Assembly: GCA_965277805.1 (NCBI GenBank)
Contig: OZ255842.1
Coordinates: 3,392,001-3,456,000 of the forward strand
Reading direction: 5' to 3'
DNA: 64,000 nucleotides
From: Candidatus Lustribacter sp.
GTDB taxonomy: Bacteria > Vulcanimicrobiota > Vulcanimicrobiia > Vulcanimicrobiales > Vulcanimicrobiaceae
Below are positions 32,405 to 42,091 of the stretch, one piece after another. The notes under the pieces are model-generated. The model had not been told where the DNA came from and did no database searches. It was given only the letters and a program-made list of their open reading frames with translations. Position numbers and translations under genes: made by a program. The number at the start of each line of letters is the position of its first letter. Position 1 is the stretch's first letter.

Positions 32405-33664
32405 GTGTACGTGGAACTCCTACAGCAGACCGAGGCCGAGAAACGCTACATCCCCCGCGAGCGGCGCCTCAGCCCCGCGCTCGGCCCGTTGAGCATCCCC
32501 GCGTCGGGCTTCATGCACAACTTCATCGCTTCCGCGATTGAAACGCGTGCCCGGCCTTTCGTCGGCGTGAGGCGCCTGTCGGATCCGGAGCCGCCGCAAC
32601 CGGCACCGCTGCGGTCGACCGGCGATTCCACCGCGTCGATGGTCGCGGCAGCACAGGCATTTCTGGATAGCCTATCGCTCGAGCAGCGCTACGGCTGTCA
32701 CGTCGGCATCGAAAGCGACGTGTACCGTTCGTGGTGCAACTTCCACTCGTTTCTCTTTCGCCGCGGCGCGGTTCTACACGATCTCAGCGAAACGCAGCGC
32801 GACCTCGCGCTCACACTGCTGAAGGAAAGCATGGGCGAGGCCGGCTTCGAGACCGCGCGCAACATCATGCGGCTCAACGAATACTTGGGCGATGTGACCG
32901 GCCGTCCCGACGAATTCGGTCAGTGGTATTACTGGCTGAGCATCATGGGCATGCCCTCAGCCACGGAACCCTGGGGTTTTCAACTCGACGGCCACCACCT
33001 CAACATCAATTGCTTCGTGCTGGGCGATCAAGTCGTTCTGACGCCGACGTTCATGGGCTCGGAACCGGTGTCGGCCGACAGTGGGCCGTACGCCGGCACG
33101 CGCGTTCTCGCTGAAGAGGAAGCCCGCGCGCTGCGGCTGATGGAATCGCTGACTCCCGAACAAGCGGCCAAGGCCGTGGTCGGAACAGAACTGCCGTTCG
33201 ACGTCTTCGGGCACGCATTCAACGACGACTACGTCGTGCCGGACGAAGGCCTCAGCACTGCCGAGATGAGCCCGGCGCAACGCGAATTGCTGACCGATCT
33301 CATTCGCATCTACACCGCGCGCGAACGCGATGGGCAAAACCGGCTCGCCGCGGTGCTCGCGCACCTCGACGACACGCGCTTTACCGTGATCGGCGGATGG
33401 GAAGGCGAGAGCGCGTTCTACTACCGCGTCGACAATCGGGCGATCGTCATCGAGTTCGTCCATCAGCCCGGCGTGATGTTCGCCAACGATCTGCCGTCGC
33501 GCCGGCAAGCGCACACGCTGGTTCGCACGCCGAACGGCAACGACTACGGCAAGTCGCTGCTGCGCCAATACTACGAACGCGTGCGCGCCACGGCCGGCCA
33601 AGCTACGGAAACGTTCCACCGTCCATCGGAAAATCCGATGGACGATCTGCGCCGGGGCTCCTAA
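32405..33664 (+). CDS. DUF3500 domain protein (start uncertain)
   Basis: 'AAAQAFLDSL', 'WCN', 'IMRLNEYL', 'PWGFQLDGHHLNIN', 'YYRV', 'HTLVRTPNGNDYG'. Confidence 0.85.
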   Translation: MYVELLQQTEAEKRYIPRERRLSPALGPLSIPASGFMHNFIASAIETRARPFVGVRRLSDPEPPQPAPLRSTGDSTASMVAAAQAFLDSLSLEQRYGCHVGIESDVYRSWCNFHSFLFRRGAVLHDLSETQRDLALTLLKESMGEAGFETARNIMRLNEYLGDVTGRPDEFGQWYYWLSIMGMPSATEPWGFQLDGHHLNINCFVLGDQVVLTPTFMGSEPVSADSGPYAGTRVLAEEEARALRLMESLTPEQAAKAVVGTELPFDVFGHAFNDDYVVPDEGLSTAEMSPAQRELLTDLIRIYTARERDGQNRLAAVLAHLDDTRFTVIGGWEGESAFYYRVDNRAIVIEFVHQPGVMFANDLPSRRQAHTLVRTPNGNDYGKSLLRQYYERVRATAGQATETFHRPSENPMDDLRRGS

Positions 33665-33667
33665 GAC

Positions 33668-34849
33668 ATGTCGACGGCTGCGGCCGCCGGCGCGGCGACC
33701 TCGTCCGACGTCATCGCAGCAGCCTACGAACTCGTGCCCGTGCTGCGCGCCCAAGCGGCCGCGTGCGAGCGCGAGCGCCGCGTGTCCGACGCAACGATCG
33801 ATGCACTCCACGGAGCCCGCCTGTTCGATATCGTCAAACCGCGCCGCTATGGCGGCTTCGAACTCGGCTGGGACGTGTTTTGTGAAGCCGTGGTCGCCAT
33901 CGCGTCGGGCTGTGGTTCCACCGGCTGGGTCTATGCGGTCGTTGGCGGCCATGCGCCGGTTGCGGCCCGGTTTGGGACGGACTTCCTCGATGAGATGTGG
34001 GGCGAGAACCCGCGCGCGCTCATGTCATCGTGCCGCCGCGGCAGCGGCCAGTTGACTCCTGTCAGCGGCGGTTTTCGCGCGACAGGCAGCGGACTTTACA
34101 GCAGCGGTTGTTTGAATGCCGATTGGGTGATCGTCGAGGACATGCCCGTCGTCGGATCGGCGCAGACCGTGACGATGGTGATTCCGCGGCGCGATGTGAC
34201 GGTGCTCGACACCTGGCACGTGGTCGGCCTCTGCGGCACGGGCAGCAACGATCTCACGTTCGAGGATCTGTTCGTTCCCGGCCACCGCATTTGGTATCCC
34301 GGCAAAGCGCCGAGCGGCGCCGCACTCGAGGGCGCGCTCTTTCGCACGCCGCACCTTGGCGGCCCGTACGCCTTACCGGCAGTCCTGCTCGGCATTGCGC
34401 TCGGATCGCTCGAGCAGTTCATCGCATTCACCGCCAAGCGTACGCGCCGCGCGCTCGCCTTGAGCGCAACGGAGAGCATGCAGATGCGCGTGGGCGAGTC
34501 CGCCGCCGAATTGGATGCGGCGCATACGCTGCTGCGCGTGAAGCTGCAAGAGCTGATGGCAACCTGGGGTGGTCTCGAGCGCGACGACGACGGCATCTTA
34601 CCGGCCGGCGGCAAAGACGCGGGCTACGAGCACTTGCTCATGACGTTCGTAGCGCAAGCGTCGTACTCAGCGATCAATCGCCTGATGTTAGCCGCCGGCG
34701 CGAGTCAAATGAAGCTCTCGGAATCGTTCCAACGTTCGTTCCGCGACGTGCTGGCCGGCATCCAGCAGCCCAGCAACGATTGGGATCGCGGCCGCATCGA
34801 TGGCGGCCGGGCGCTCTTCGCGGCGCAGCGGAAGGCCTCCGATGCGTAA
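33668..34849 (+). CDS. Acyl-CoA dehydrogenase-fold flavin-dependent monooxygenase (HsaA/group D-like oxygenase component)
   Basis: 'PRRYGGFE', 'CGSTGWV', 'SSGC', 'DTWHVVGLCGTGSND', 'QRSFRD'. Confidence 0.85.
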   Translation: MSTAAAAGAATSSDVIAAAYELVPVLRAQAAACERERRVSDATIDALHGARLFDIVKPRRYGGFELGWDVFCEAVVAIASGCGSTGWVYAVVGGHAPVAARFGTDFLDEMWGENPRALMSSCRRGSGQLTPVSGGFRATGSGLYSSGCLNADWVIVEDMPVVGSAQTVTMVIPRRDVTVLDTWHVVGLCGTGSNDLTFEDLFVPGHRIWYPGKAPSGAALEGALFRTPHLGGPYALPAVLLGIALGSLEQFIAFTAKRTRRALALSATESMQMRVGESAAELDAAHTLLRVKLQELMATWGGLERDDDGILPAGGKDAGYEHLLMTFVAQASYSAINRLMLAAGASQMKLSESFQRSFRDVLAGIQQPSNDWDRGRIDGGRALFAAQRKASDA

Positions 34850-35651
34850 CATCGCCGATCCCGCGCTCAGCGCACCCGTAAACGGAGCGAGCGCGAGCGC
34901 TCCGCTCATCGAGTTCCGGAACACGAGCCTCACGCTCGGCGACCGTTCGATTGTGGACGACGTCTCACTGCGCATCAACAAGGGCGAGTTCGTCTGCCTC
35001 GTTGGTGCCTCCGGCTGCGGCAAGACCACGCTGCTGCGGCTATTGGCCGGGTTACTGCATCCGACGTCGGGCGCCGTGTTCTACGACGGCAAACCGGTGA
35101 CGCAGCCGCGCCGCGACATCGCGGTCGTGTTCCAGGATTACAGCAAAGCGCTGTTGCCCTGGCGCAATGCATTCGATAATGTCGCGTTGCCGCTGGAAGA
35201 TTCGCCGTTGAATAAGCACGCGCGCGTGGAGCGCGTGTTAGAGCTGCTCGCGTGCGTTGGCCTTGTCGCCGAGCAAAAGAAATTTCCCGCGCAGTTATCG
35301 GGTGGCATGCAACAACGTTTGCAAATCGCGCGCTGCCTCGCTCAAGACCCGGTCGCGCTGCTGATGGACGAGCCGTTCGGTGCGCTCGACGCGCTCACGC
35401 GCCAATCGCTTCAGGACGAGATGCAAGAGATCACGGCGCGCAGCGGCGCAACGATCTTCTTCGTTACGCACGATTTGGAAGAAGCGATCTACCTGGGCGA
35501 CCGCGTGATCGGCATGAAACCCGGGCGTCCGGTGACCGAATTCCTCGTCGACATTCCGCGCCCGCGCAATCAATTGGACACGCCGGAGCACCCGGAATTC
35601 TTGCGCCTGCGGCGCGCGCTCCTCGAGTTCATCAAAGGCGTCGCTCCGTGA
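34842..35651 (+). CDS. ABC transporter ATP-binding protein (TauB/SsuB-like)
   Basis: Walker A 'GASGCGKT', 'LSGGMQQR', 'LLMDEPFGALD'. Confidence 0.95.
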   Translation: MRNIADPALSAPVNGASASAPLIEFRNTSLTLGDRSIVDDVSLRINKGEFVCLVGASGCGKTTLLRLLAGLLHPTSGAVFYDGKPVTQPRRDIAVVFQDYSKALLPWRNAFDNVALPLEDSPLNKHARVERVLELLACVGLVAEQKKFPAQLSGGMQQRLQIARCLAQDPVALLMDEPFGALDALTRQSLQDEMQEITARSGATIFFVTHDLEEAIYLGDRVIGMKPGRPVTEFLVDIPRPRNQLDTPEHPEFLRLRRALLEFIKGVAP

Positions 35652-36394
35652 AGCGCCGCGGCTTCGATTGGCGCGGTGCGGTCGTCCCCATCGCCGCGAT
35701 CGTGATCGTGCAGGTTTACGTCATGACCTCACGCGTCAAGTTCGACAATATCGCAGCGCCCACGGCCATTGCGGTCGCCGGTTGGCACGCCGTCGCCGAC
35801 GGAACACTGCTCCGCGCGACCTTCGAAACGTTGGGGTCGGCCCTCGGCGGTTTGGCTATCGGCACGGTTTTGGGTTTGGCCCTGGGGTTGCTGTTCGGGT
35901 TATGGCCGCCGCTCAACCGCGCAATGCTGCTCAGCGTCGAAGCCGTGCGGCCGATTCCGTCGGTGGCGCTCGTGCCGGTGGCGCTGTTGATCTTCGGCTT
36001 CGGCTACCGCATGGAGATGCTGCTGGTGGCGCACGGCACCCTGTGGCCCGTGCTGATCTTCACGCGCGCCGGCGTGCGCGCCGTCGAGCCGCGGCTGCTG
36101 GAAGTCTCCCGGCTGCTGGGCTTCAATCTCTGGCAGCGCATCTGGCGCATCGTGCTGCCGGCAGCGCTGAGTCAGATCTTCGTTGGCTTTCGCGTTGCGG
36201 CGGCGCTCGCGCTCGTGATCGCCGTGACGGTCGAGATCAGCGCGAATCCGCTCGGCATCGGTAACGGCTTGATGACGGCCGAACAAACGCTGCGACCGGG
36301 ACTCATGTACGCCTTCATCGTGTGGCTCGGACTCATCGGCTGGACGCTGAACGTCGTGCTCGTGCAGGCGCAGCGGCGCTTGTGGGCGCGATGA
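35648..36394 (+). CDS. ABC transporter permease (TauC/SsuC-like)
   Basis: GTGA coupling; 'RPIPSVALVP', 'IVLPAAL'. Confidence 0.9.
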   Translation: MKRRGFDWRGAVVPIAAIVIVQVYVMTSRVKFDNIAAPTAIAVAGWHAVADGTLLRATFETLGSALGGLAIGTVLGLALGLLFGLWPPLNRAMLLSVEAVRPIPSVALVPVALLIFGFGYRMEMLLVAHGTLWPVLIFTRAGVRAVEPRLLEVSRLLGFNLWQRIWRIVLPAALSQIFVGFRVAAALALVIAVTVEISANPLGIGNGLMTAEQTLRPGLMYAFIVWLGLIGWTLNVVLVQAQRRLWAR

Positions 36395-37170
36395 ACGCGC
36401 GCCTGCTGCTCACCGCAGTCGCGAGCGTGCTCGTGTTCGCGGGGCTGATCTTCGTATGGAAAGTAATCACCGACGCCGGCTGGGTGTCGCCGATCTTCTT
36501 GCCGGGACCGGGCAACGCGTGGGCCAGTATCGTTACCGGCTTCACCACCGGGACGCTCGGGTTTCAACTCGGAGAAACGGTGACGCGCATGCTGGCGGGT
36601 TGGGTCATCGCGTCCGTCATCGGCATTGGTCTCGGTTGTCTCATCGGGATATCGAGCACGGCGAAAGCCTATCTCGGGCCGACGGTCGAGCTCATGCGCC
36701 CGGTGCCGGCGTCGGCGGTCGTGCCGGTCTGCATTGCGTTTCTCGGCCTCAACGATACGATGGCGCTCACGGTCATCGTGTTCGGTTCGCTGTGGCCCGT
36801 ACTGCTGGCAACGGTCAACGGTTTCGAGTCGGTCGAACCGCAGCTCTACGAAATGGCGCAAACGCTCTGCATGCGGCGCTGGGATGTCGCGCGGAAGATC
36901 GCGCTGCCGAGCGCGATGCCCGACATCCTGGCCGGCTTGCGCGTCGGCGTGACGCTCGCGCTCGTGTTGGCCGTGCTCGGTGAAATGATGGCCAGCCGCG
37001 ACGGGCTCGGCCAGTGGATCGTGTTCGCCGGCCGTTCATTCCATGCCGCCGATCTCTTCGCCGGCGTCATTCTTTTGGGACTCTTAGGGATCATCACTGC
37101 AAGCATCGTTGCGGGCCTCGAAGCCGTGCTCTTACGGTGGCGAGGAACCGAAACGGGGAGGTTTCCATGA
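36391..37170 (+). CDS. ABC transporter permease (TauC/SsuC-like)
   Basis: ATGA coupling; 'RPVPASAVVP', 'IALPSAMPDILAGLR'. Confidence 0.9.
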   Translation: MNARLLLTAVASVLVFAGLIFVWKVITDAGWVSPIFLPGPGNAWASIVTGFTTGTLGFQLGETVTRMLAGWVIASVIGIGLGCLIGISSTAKAYLGPTVELMRPVPASAVVPVCIAFLGLNDTMALTVIVFGSLWPVLLATVNGFESVEPQLYEMAQTLCMRRWDVARKIALPSAMPDILAGLRVGVTLALVLAVLGEMMASRDGLGQWIVFAGRSFHAADLFAGVILLGLLGIITASIVAGLEAVLLRWRGTETGRFP

Positions 37171-38090
37171 CACGTTGGCTGCTCGGCGTTCTTACCGCAG
37201 TTGCGCTCATCATCAACGTTCCGGCCGCGCCGGCGAATGCGGACCCGGTGAAGCTCACGATCGGGCACGGCTTTACGAGCGACGTGGTCAGTATCTACGT
37301 GGCCAAAAACGAAGGCATGTTCGCCAAACACGGGATCGACGCGACGCTGACGCCGATCGGCAATCCGCAAAACCTGTTGACCGGCTTGTTCGCCGGCAGC
37401 TTGCAGATCATCATGAGCAATACGGTGCAGTTCTTGACCGCCGTCAACGGCGGGCTCGACTTCGTGGTCATCGCGGGCGGCAACCGGATGAACAAGAGCA
37501 ACGACCCGATCGGCCTCGTGTTGCGGCCCGACGCCAAGTACGCGTCGCCCGAAGACCTCAAAGGCTTGACGATCGCCGTGCCGGGCTTCAATAGCGGCAC
37601 GTTCATGCTCTTGAAGGAGTGGCTGGCGACGAAGCACGTGCCGGCCGAGCAGATCAACTTCGTGGAAAGTTCGATGCCCAGCGAAGGCGATATGCTCAAA
37701 GGACACAAGGTCGACGGAGTCCTGACCGCCGAGCCGTTTCGCACGCAGATCGTCGGCGCCGGAACCGGCAAGTTGGTGGCAAAGTTCTATACCGAGGTGA
37801 TTCCGGATCAGCCGGCGACCTTCTGGGTCGCGACACGCGCGTGGGCGCAAGCGAATCCCCAACTCGTCGCGGCTTTCCGCTCGAGCTTGGCGGATGCGTC
37901 AGCCTGGATTCCGGCCCACGTCGATCAGACGAAGGCCATCGAGCAACAGGCCTTCGGTTCGTCGGACGGCGAGATGCCGGCGTTCAACCCGACGGTCACG
38001 CCGAAGGATCTGGCAACGATCTACACGATCGGAAAGCAGCTCGGCATGTTTACGAAACCGATCGACGTCAACACGTTGATCGTGCGTTAG
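37167..38090 (+). CDS. ABC substrate-binding protein, SsuA/NMT1/THI5 family
   Basis: RBS GGAGG, ATGA coupling; 'YVAKNEGMFAKHGID', 'DLKGLTIAVP'. Confidence 0.9.
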   Translation: MTRWLLGVLTAVALIINVPAAPANADPVKLTIGHGFTSDVVSIYVAKNEGMFAKHGIDATLTPIGNPQNLLTGLFAGSLQIIMSNTVQFLTAVNGGLDFVVIAGGNRMNKSNDPIGLVLRPDAKYASPEDLKGLTIAVPGFNSGTFMLLKEWLATKHVPAEQINFVESSMPSEGDMLKGHKVDGVLTAEPFRTQIVGAGTGKLVAKFYTEVIPDQPATFWVATRAWAQANPQLVAAFRSSLADASAWIPAHVDQTKAIEQQAFGSSDGEMPAFNPTVTPKDLATIYTIGKQLGMFTKPIDVNTLIVR

Positions 38091-38093
38091 CCG

Positions 38094-39083
38094 ATGGCGC
38101 TCACAACACCGGAAGTCACCTTCGGCATCGGCACCGTCGTGCTCGGCGATCAGCCCGAAACCGCGGTCGTCATCGACGATCAGATGCTGACCTTGCGCGA
38201 AATCGTCAGGCGCTACTCGACCCCGCACGCCGTTGCGCCGCCGGTCCGTATCGTGCTCGACGACTGGGACCGCTGGTACGACTGGCTGCGCGGACTCGAC
38301 CTTCGCCCGTCCGTCGACGACGGTTGGAAGCACATGGACACGGTCAAGTTCACGATGCCGATCCCCGATCCGGTGAACATCTTCCACACGTTTCACAACT
38401 ACGTCCGGCCGAGCAGCACGACGGGCAAAGTCGATCCCCCCAAAGCCGAACGCGTGCTGCCCGATCTGTTTCTCGGATCGCGGTCGGCGCTGTCGGGCCA
38501 TGGCGATACGGTCGAACGCGAGCACGGCGGCATCGAGTTCGACTTTGAACTCGAGGTGACGGCAGTGATCGGCAAGACCGCATTTCGTGTGCCGGCCGAG
38601 CGCGCCGATGAGTACGTCGCCGGCTACACGATCGCGAACGACCTGACGATGCACTTCGGCTGGTGGCGAACGATCCGCCAGAACACGCGCCTCAACGACA
38701 ACATTCGCATGAAGAACTTTCCGGGCTACACGCCGATGGGCCGGGTGATCGTCCCGCGTGACGTGGTCGGCGACGCCAACGATCTTGCGTTGAAGGTGCG
38801 CGTCGACGGCGAACTGCGCGTCGACTCGAGCACCAGCGGCATGATCTGGAAAGTGAACGAGCTGGTCGAGTACTTGTCGTGGATCATGCCGCTCCATCCG
38901 GGCGACGTCATCCTCGCCGGCTCGCCGGAAGAATTGCCGCTGCCGCCGGGCGAGAAGCGCGGCCTGAAAACCGGTCAGACCGTGGAGTGTGAAGTCGAAC
39001 GGCTCGGTCGCCTCGCCACGCACATCGCGGAACAGTCGGCATTACAGCCCAACGAACGCCCCGTCGTCGACACACGGACATAA
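38094..39083 (+). CDS. Fumarylacetoacetate (FAH) hydrolase family protein
   Basis: 'FDFELEVTAVIGK', 'GYTIANDL', 'KNFPGYTPMG', 'LHPGDVILAGSP'. Confidence 0.9.
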   Translation: MALTTPEVTFGIGTVVLGDQPETAVVIDDQMLTLREIVRRYSTPHAVAPPVRIVLDDWDRWYDWLRGLDLRPSVDDGWKHMDTVKFTMPIPDPVNIFHTFHNYVRPSSTTGKVDPPKAERVLPDLFLGSRSALSGHGDTVEREHGGIEFDFELEVTAVIGKTAFRVPAERADEYVAGYTIANDLTMHFGWWRTIRQNTRLNDNIRMKNFPGYTPMGRVIVPRDVVGDANDLALKVRVDGELRVDSSTSGMIWKVNELVEYLSWIMPLHPGDVILAGSPEELPLPPGEKRGLKTGQTVECEVERLGRLATHIAEQSALQPNERPVVDTRT

Positions 39084-40229
39084 ATGCTGAAGATTTATTG
39101 CGCAACTCACGAAGGCGTCGCCGTCTTGACGCCGCAGGGCACAACATGGACCGTCGCGAGCGAGTTCTTGCGCGGCAGCATCATCGACTGCGTCGAGCCG
39201 CGGCCGAACACGCCGGGTTCCGTTTTCGCCGGCGACACGCAGGGCGGGCTCTACCGCACTGACGACGGCGGAAAGAATTGGCGCAAACTCCACGACGGCC
39301 GCGTGCGCGCGATCAAGGTCGATCCGAGCGACGATCGCATCGTCTACGTCGGCACGGAGCCGGTGCAGCTCTTCCGCAGCGAGGACGCCGGCGAATCCTG
39401 GACCGAGATCGAGTCGCTGCAGCGGCTGCCGGAAGAAACGCGGGTCAAACTCGGCGTCGCGGCCGGCGCAGCAGATTACGACTTCTCCAAACCGACGTTC
39501 CGTCATGGCCGGCAAGAGTGGACCTTTCCGATCGCACCGTACATCGGCCACGTCACCGAGATCTTCGTGCGCCCGGACGACCCGAACGAGATTTGGTTAT
39601 CGATCGAGCATGGCGGCATCGCGCGCTCCGTCGATCGCGGCGCGACGTGGGACGACGCCAGCGCCGGCATCGACTACCTCGACATCCACAAGCTGATCCG
39701 GCTGCCGATGACGCAAGACTGCTACGTCGTCTCGTCGGCCCGCGGTTTGTACGCCGCGGCCGATCCGCTGGATGGCTGGTCGCGAGCGGAAAACGGCATC
39801 GACCGCAACTACTTCCACGAACTCTTGGCGCTACCGAGTGCGCCGGGAGCGGCACCGCCGCTGCTCGTGTGCACCGGCGAAAATTCACCGGCGCGGTGGG
39901 AAGCAACGAAGGGCGACGGTCAGTGGACCGCCGGAGCGCGTGGCGCGCGCTTTGCGCTCTTCCGCAGCGACGACGCCGCACGGTCGTGGCGCCGCATCGG
40001 CGTAGGACCAGATCTCCCCGAGGAAATGGATCCGATGATCTGGGCGCTGCGCTCGCATCCGACCGAACCGCGGAGCATCTTCGCGGCCGTCGGCGAGGTG
40101 GGACGCGGTTACGCGATGGGCTGGGCCGGCCGCGGCTGGGTGTTGCAGTCCGACGACGAGGGCGAGAGCTGGCGCCGCATCGCGGACGACTTGCCCGCGC
40201 TGCGGCAGCTGGCCGTAACCGAAGAGTAG
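39084..40229 (+). CDS. BNR/Asp-box repeat beta-propeller protein, no signal peptide
   Basis: Asp-boxes 'RTDDGGKNW', 'RSEDAGESW', 'RSVDRGATW', 'RSDDAARSW', 'QSDDEGESW'. Confidence 0.85.
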   Translation: MLKIYCATHEGVAVLTPQGTTWTVASEFLRGSIIDCVEPRPNTPGSVFAGDTQGGLYRTDDGGKNWRKLHDGRVRAIKVDPSDDRIVYVGTEPVQLFRSEDAGESWTEIESLQRLPEETRVKLGVAAGAADYDFSKPTFRHGRQEWTFPIAPYIGHVTEIFVRPDDPNEIWLSIEHGGIARSVDRGATWDDASAGIDYLDIHKLIRLPMTQDCYVVSSARGLYAAADPLDGWSRAENGIDRNYFHELLALPSAPGAAPPLLVCTGENSPARWEATKGDGQWTAGARGARFALFRSDDAARSWRRIGVGPDLPEEMDPMIWALRSHPTEPRSIFAAVGEVGRGYAMGWAGRGWVLQSDDEGESWRRIADDLPALRQLAVTEE

Positions 40230-40233
40230 TTCG

Positions 40234-41163
40234 TTACTTGAAGATCAGCGAGCTCGTGTCGATGTTCTTCGTGAAAACCCCCTGCTGCTTGCCCATCACG
40301 TAGAACGTCTCGAGATCCTTGGGCGCAACGCCCGGCGTAAAAAATCCGAGAATCGGATCGGCCGAGCCGAACACGCTCACCTCGAGCGCCCGGGTCTTAT
40401 CCTGATTGGCATTGATGTAACGCGCCGCCTCAATTAAGCTCTCGCGAAACGCAGCGACGACTTGCGGGTTGCTCTGCGCCCACGCGCGGGTGGAGATCCA
40501 GAAGATCGACGGCCGGTCGGGTGCGAGGTCGTGCATGAAGTGCGAGATCAGCTTGCCCGCGCCGTTCTTCGGAATCTCGGAGAGGTACGGCTCGATCGCG
40601 AGCACGCCATCGAGTTTGTGCCCTTGCAGCAGATCGTTCTCCGCCGACATTTGCACTTCGACGAAGTGCAGTTGCGCCGGATCGACGTGCCGCTGCAGCA
40701 GCCAGCCTTTGAACGCCATGAAGGCCGCGCTGTTGAACCCGGGTACGCCGATCGAAAGCCCCTTGAGATCCGCCGGCGTGGAATATGGAACGTCGGTGCG
40801 GAGGTCGAGCCCGACCGGATCCTTCGCGGCCGTCACCCGCGTACCGCCGGCGATCACGACGAAGTCCAGGCCGCCGTTGACCGCGGTCAGGAGCTGCACG
40901 GGATTGCTCATCGCGATCTGCGTTTGCCCGGAGAAAAGACCGGTCATGACGACTTGCGGGGATCCGATCGACGTCAGCGTTGCATCGATGTGGTGCTTGG
41001 CAAAGAAGCCTTCGTTCTTGGCCACGTAGACCTCGATCGTTTCGCCGGCTAAGCCGTTCACGATGCTGACCGGCACCATCGCCGGCGGGTCGGCCGCAGC
41101 GGTGGCGGCAGTGAGTTGCGCCAGTAGCAGCGCGCAAATGAGCCAAGCCCCAAAACGTCGCAT
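40234..41163 (-). CDS. ABC substrate-binding protein, SsuA/NMT1/THI5 family (paralog of 37167-38090)
   Basis: RBS GAGG; 'YVAKNEGFFAKHHID', 'LTAVNGGLDFVVIAGG'. Confidence 0.9.
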   Translation of the reverse strand: MRRFGAWLICALLLAQLTAATAAADPPAMVPVSIVNGLAGETIEVYVAKNEGFFAKHHIDATLTSIGSPQVVMTGLFSGQTQIAMSNPVQLLTAVNGGLDFVVIAGGTRVTAAKDPVGLDLRTDVPYSTPADLKGLSIGVPGFNSAAFMAFKGWLLQRHVDPAQLHFVEVQMSAENDLLQGHKLDGVLAIEPYLSEIPKNGAGKLISHFMHDLAPDRPSIFWISTRAWAQSNPQVVAAFRESLIEAARYINANQDKTRALEVSVFGSADPILGFFTPGVAPKDLETFYVMGKQQGVFTKNIDTSSLIFK

Positions 41164-41284
41164 CGTCGTACCTCTCGGGCGAAAATAGATATCGATCAAT
41201 GTTCGGAGAGCGCAAGCGGTTTCCGCCATTTTGCCGGACGGTTGCGCGCAGGCATTCAACCGCGCCGGCGGCGTAGTGTCAAGC

Positions 41285-42091
41285 GTGGAAAAGCTGCTGA
41301 TTCCCCATTCGTGCGGCTATGCCGACGTGAACGGCATTAAGCTCTACTACGAGGTGCACGGGACGGGTGAACCGCTCGTTCTTCTGCACGGCGGCCTGAT
41401 GACGATCGGCGAAATGTCGGCGCTGCTCGAACCTTTGGCAAAGAACCGCAAGGTGATTGCAGTTGAGCTGCAAGGACACGGTCGCACGGCGGACACCGAG
41501 CGTCCGGTTTCATTCGAGATCATGGGCGACGACATTGCCGCGCTGCTCGACGAGCTCGATATTCCGAGCGCCGATATCGTAGGCTTGTCGCTCGGCGGCG
41601 CCGTCGGTTTGCGCACCGCAATTCAGCATCCGGGAAAGGTCCGCCGGCTCGTCGTCATTTCGAATCCGTGTGCCAAGCGCGGATGGTACGCCGAAGCGCG
41701 CAAGGGCATGGGGAACGTCGGCGCAGCGATGGCCGAACAACTCATGCAGATGCCGACGGGGAAATTCTCGCTGCGATGGCCCGAACCGGAACGCTTTCCG
41801 CAGTTCCTCGACAAGATGGGCAAGATGATGGGCGCGACGTACGACTGGTCCGCCGAGGTGAAGAAACTGCCGATGCCGGTGCTGCTCGTCTTCGCCGACA
41901 ACGACTCGATTTCTCAAAAGCACATCGCGGAGTTTTTTGCCTTACTCGGCGGCGGCGTGAACGAACCCGGCTGGATAAACACCCAGTTTTCCAAGGCGGG
42001 CCTCGCAATCGTCCCCGGCTACAGTCATTATAATTTCGTGAAGGCGCCCGAAATCGCGCCGATCATCGACAAGTATCTTGCCTCTCACTGA
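41285..42091 (+). CDS. Alpha/beta fold hydrolase (start uncertain)
   Basis: 'GYADVNGIKLYYEVHGTGEPLVLLHGG', 'GLSLGG', 'PGYSHY'. Confidence 0.88.
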   Translation: MEKLLIPHSCGYADVNGIKLYYEVHGTGEPLVLLHGGLMTIGEMSALLEPLAKNRKVIAVELQGHGRTADTERPVSFEIMGDDIAALLDELDIPSADIVGLSLGGAVGLRTAIQHPGKVRRLVVISNPCAKRGWYAEARKGMGNVGAAMAEQLMQMPTGKFSLRWPEPERFPQFLDKMGKMMGATYDWSAEVKKLPMPVLLVFADNDSISQKHIAEFFALLGGGVNEPGWINTQFSKAGLAIVPGYSHYNFVKAPEIAPIIDKYLASH

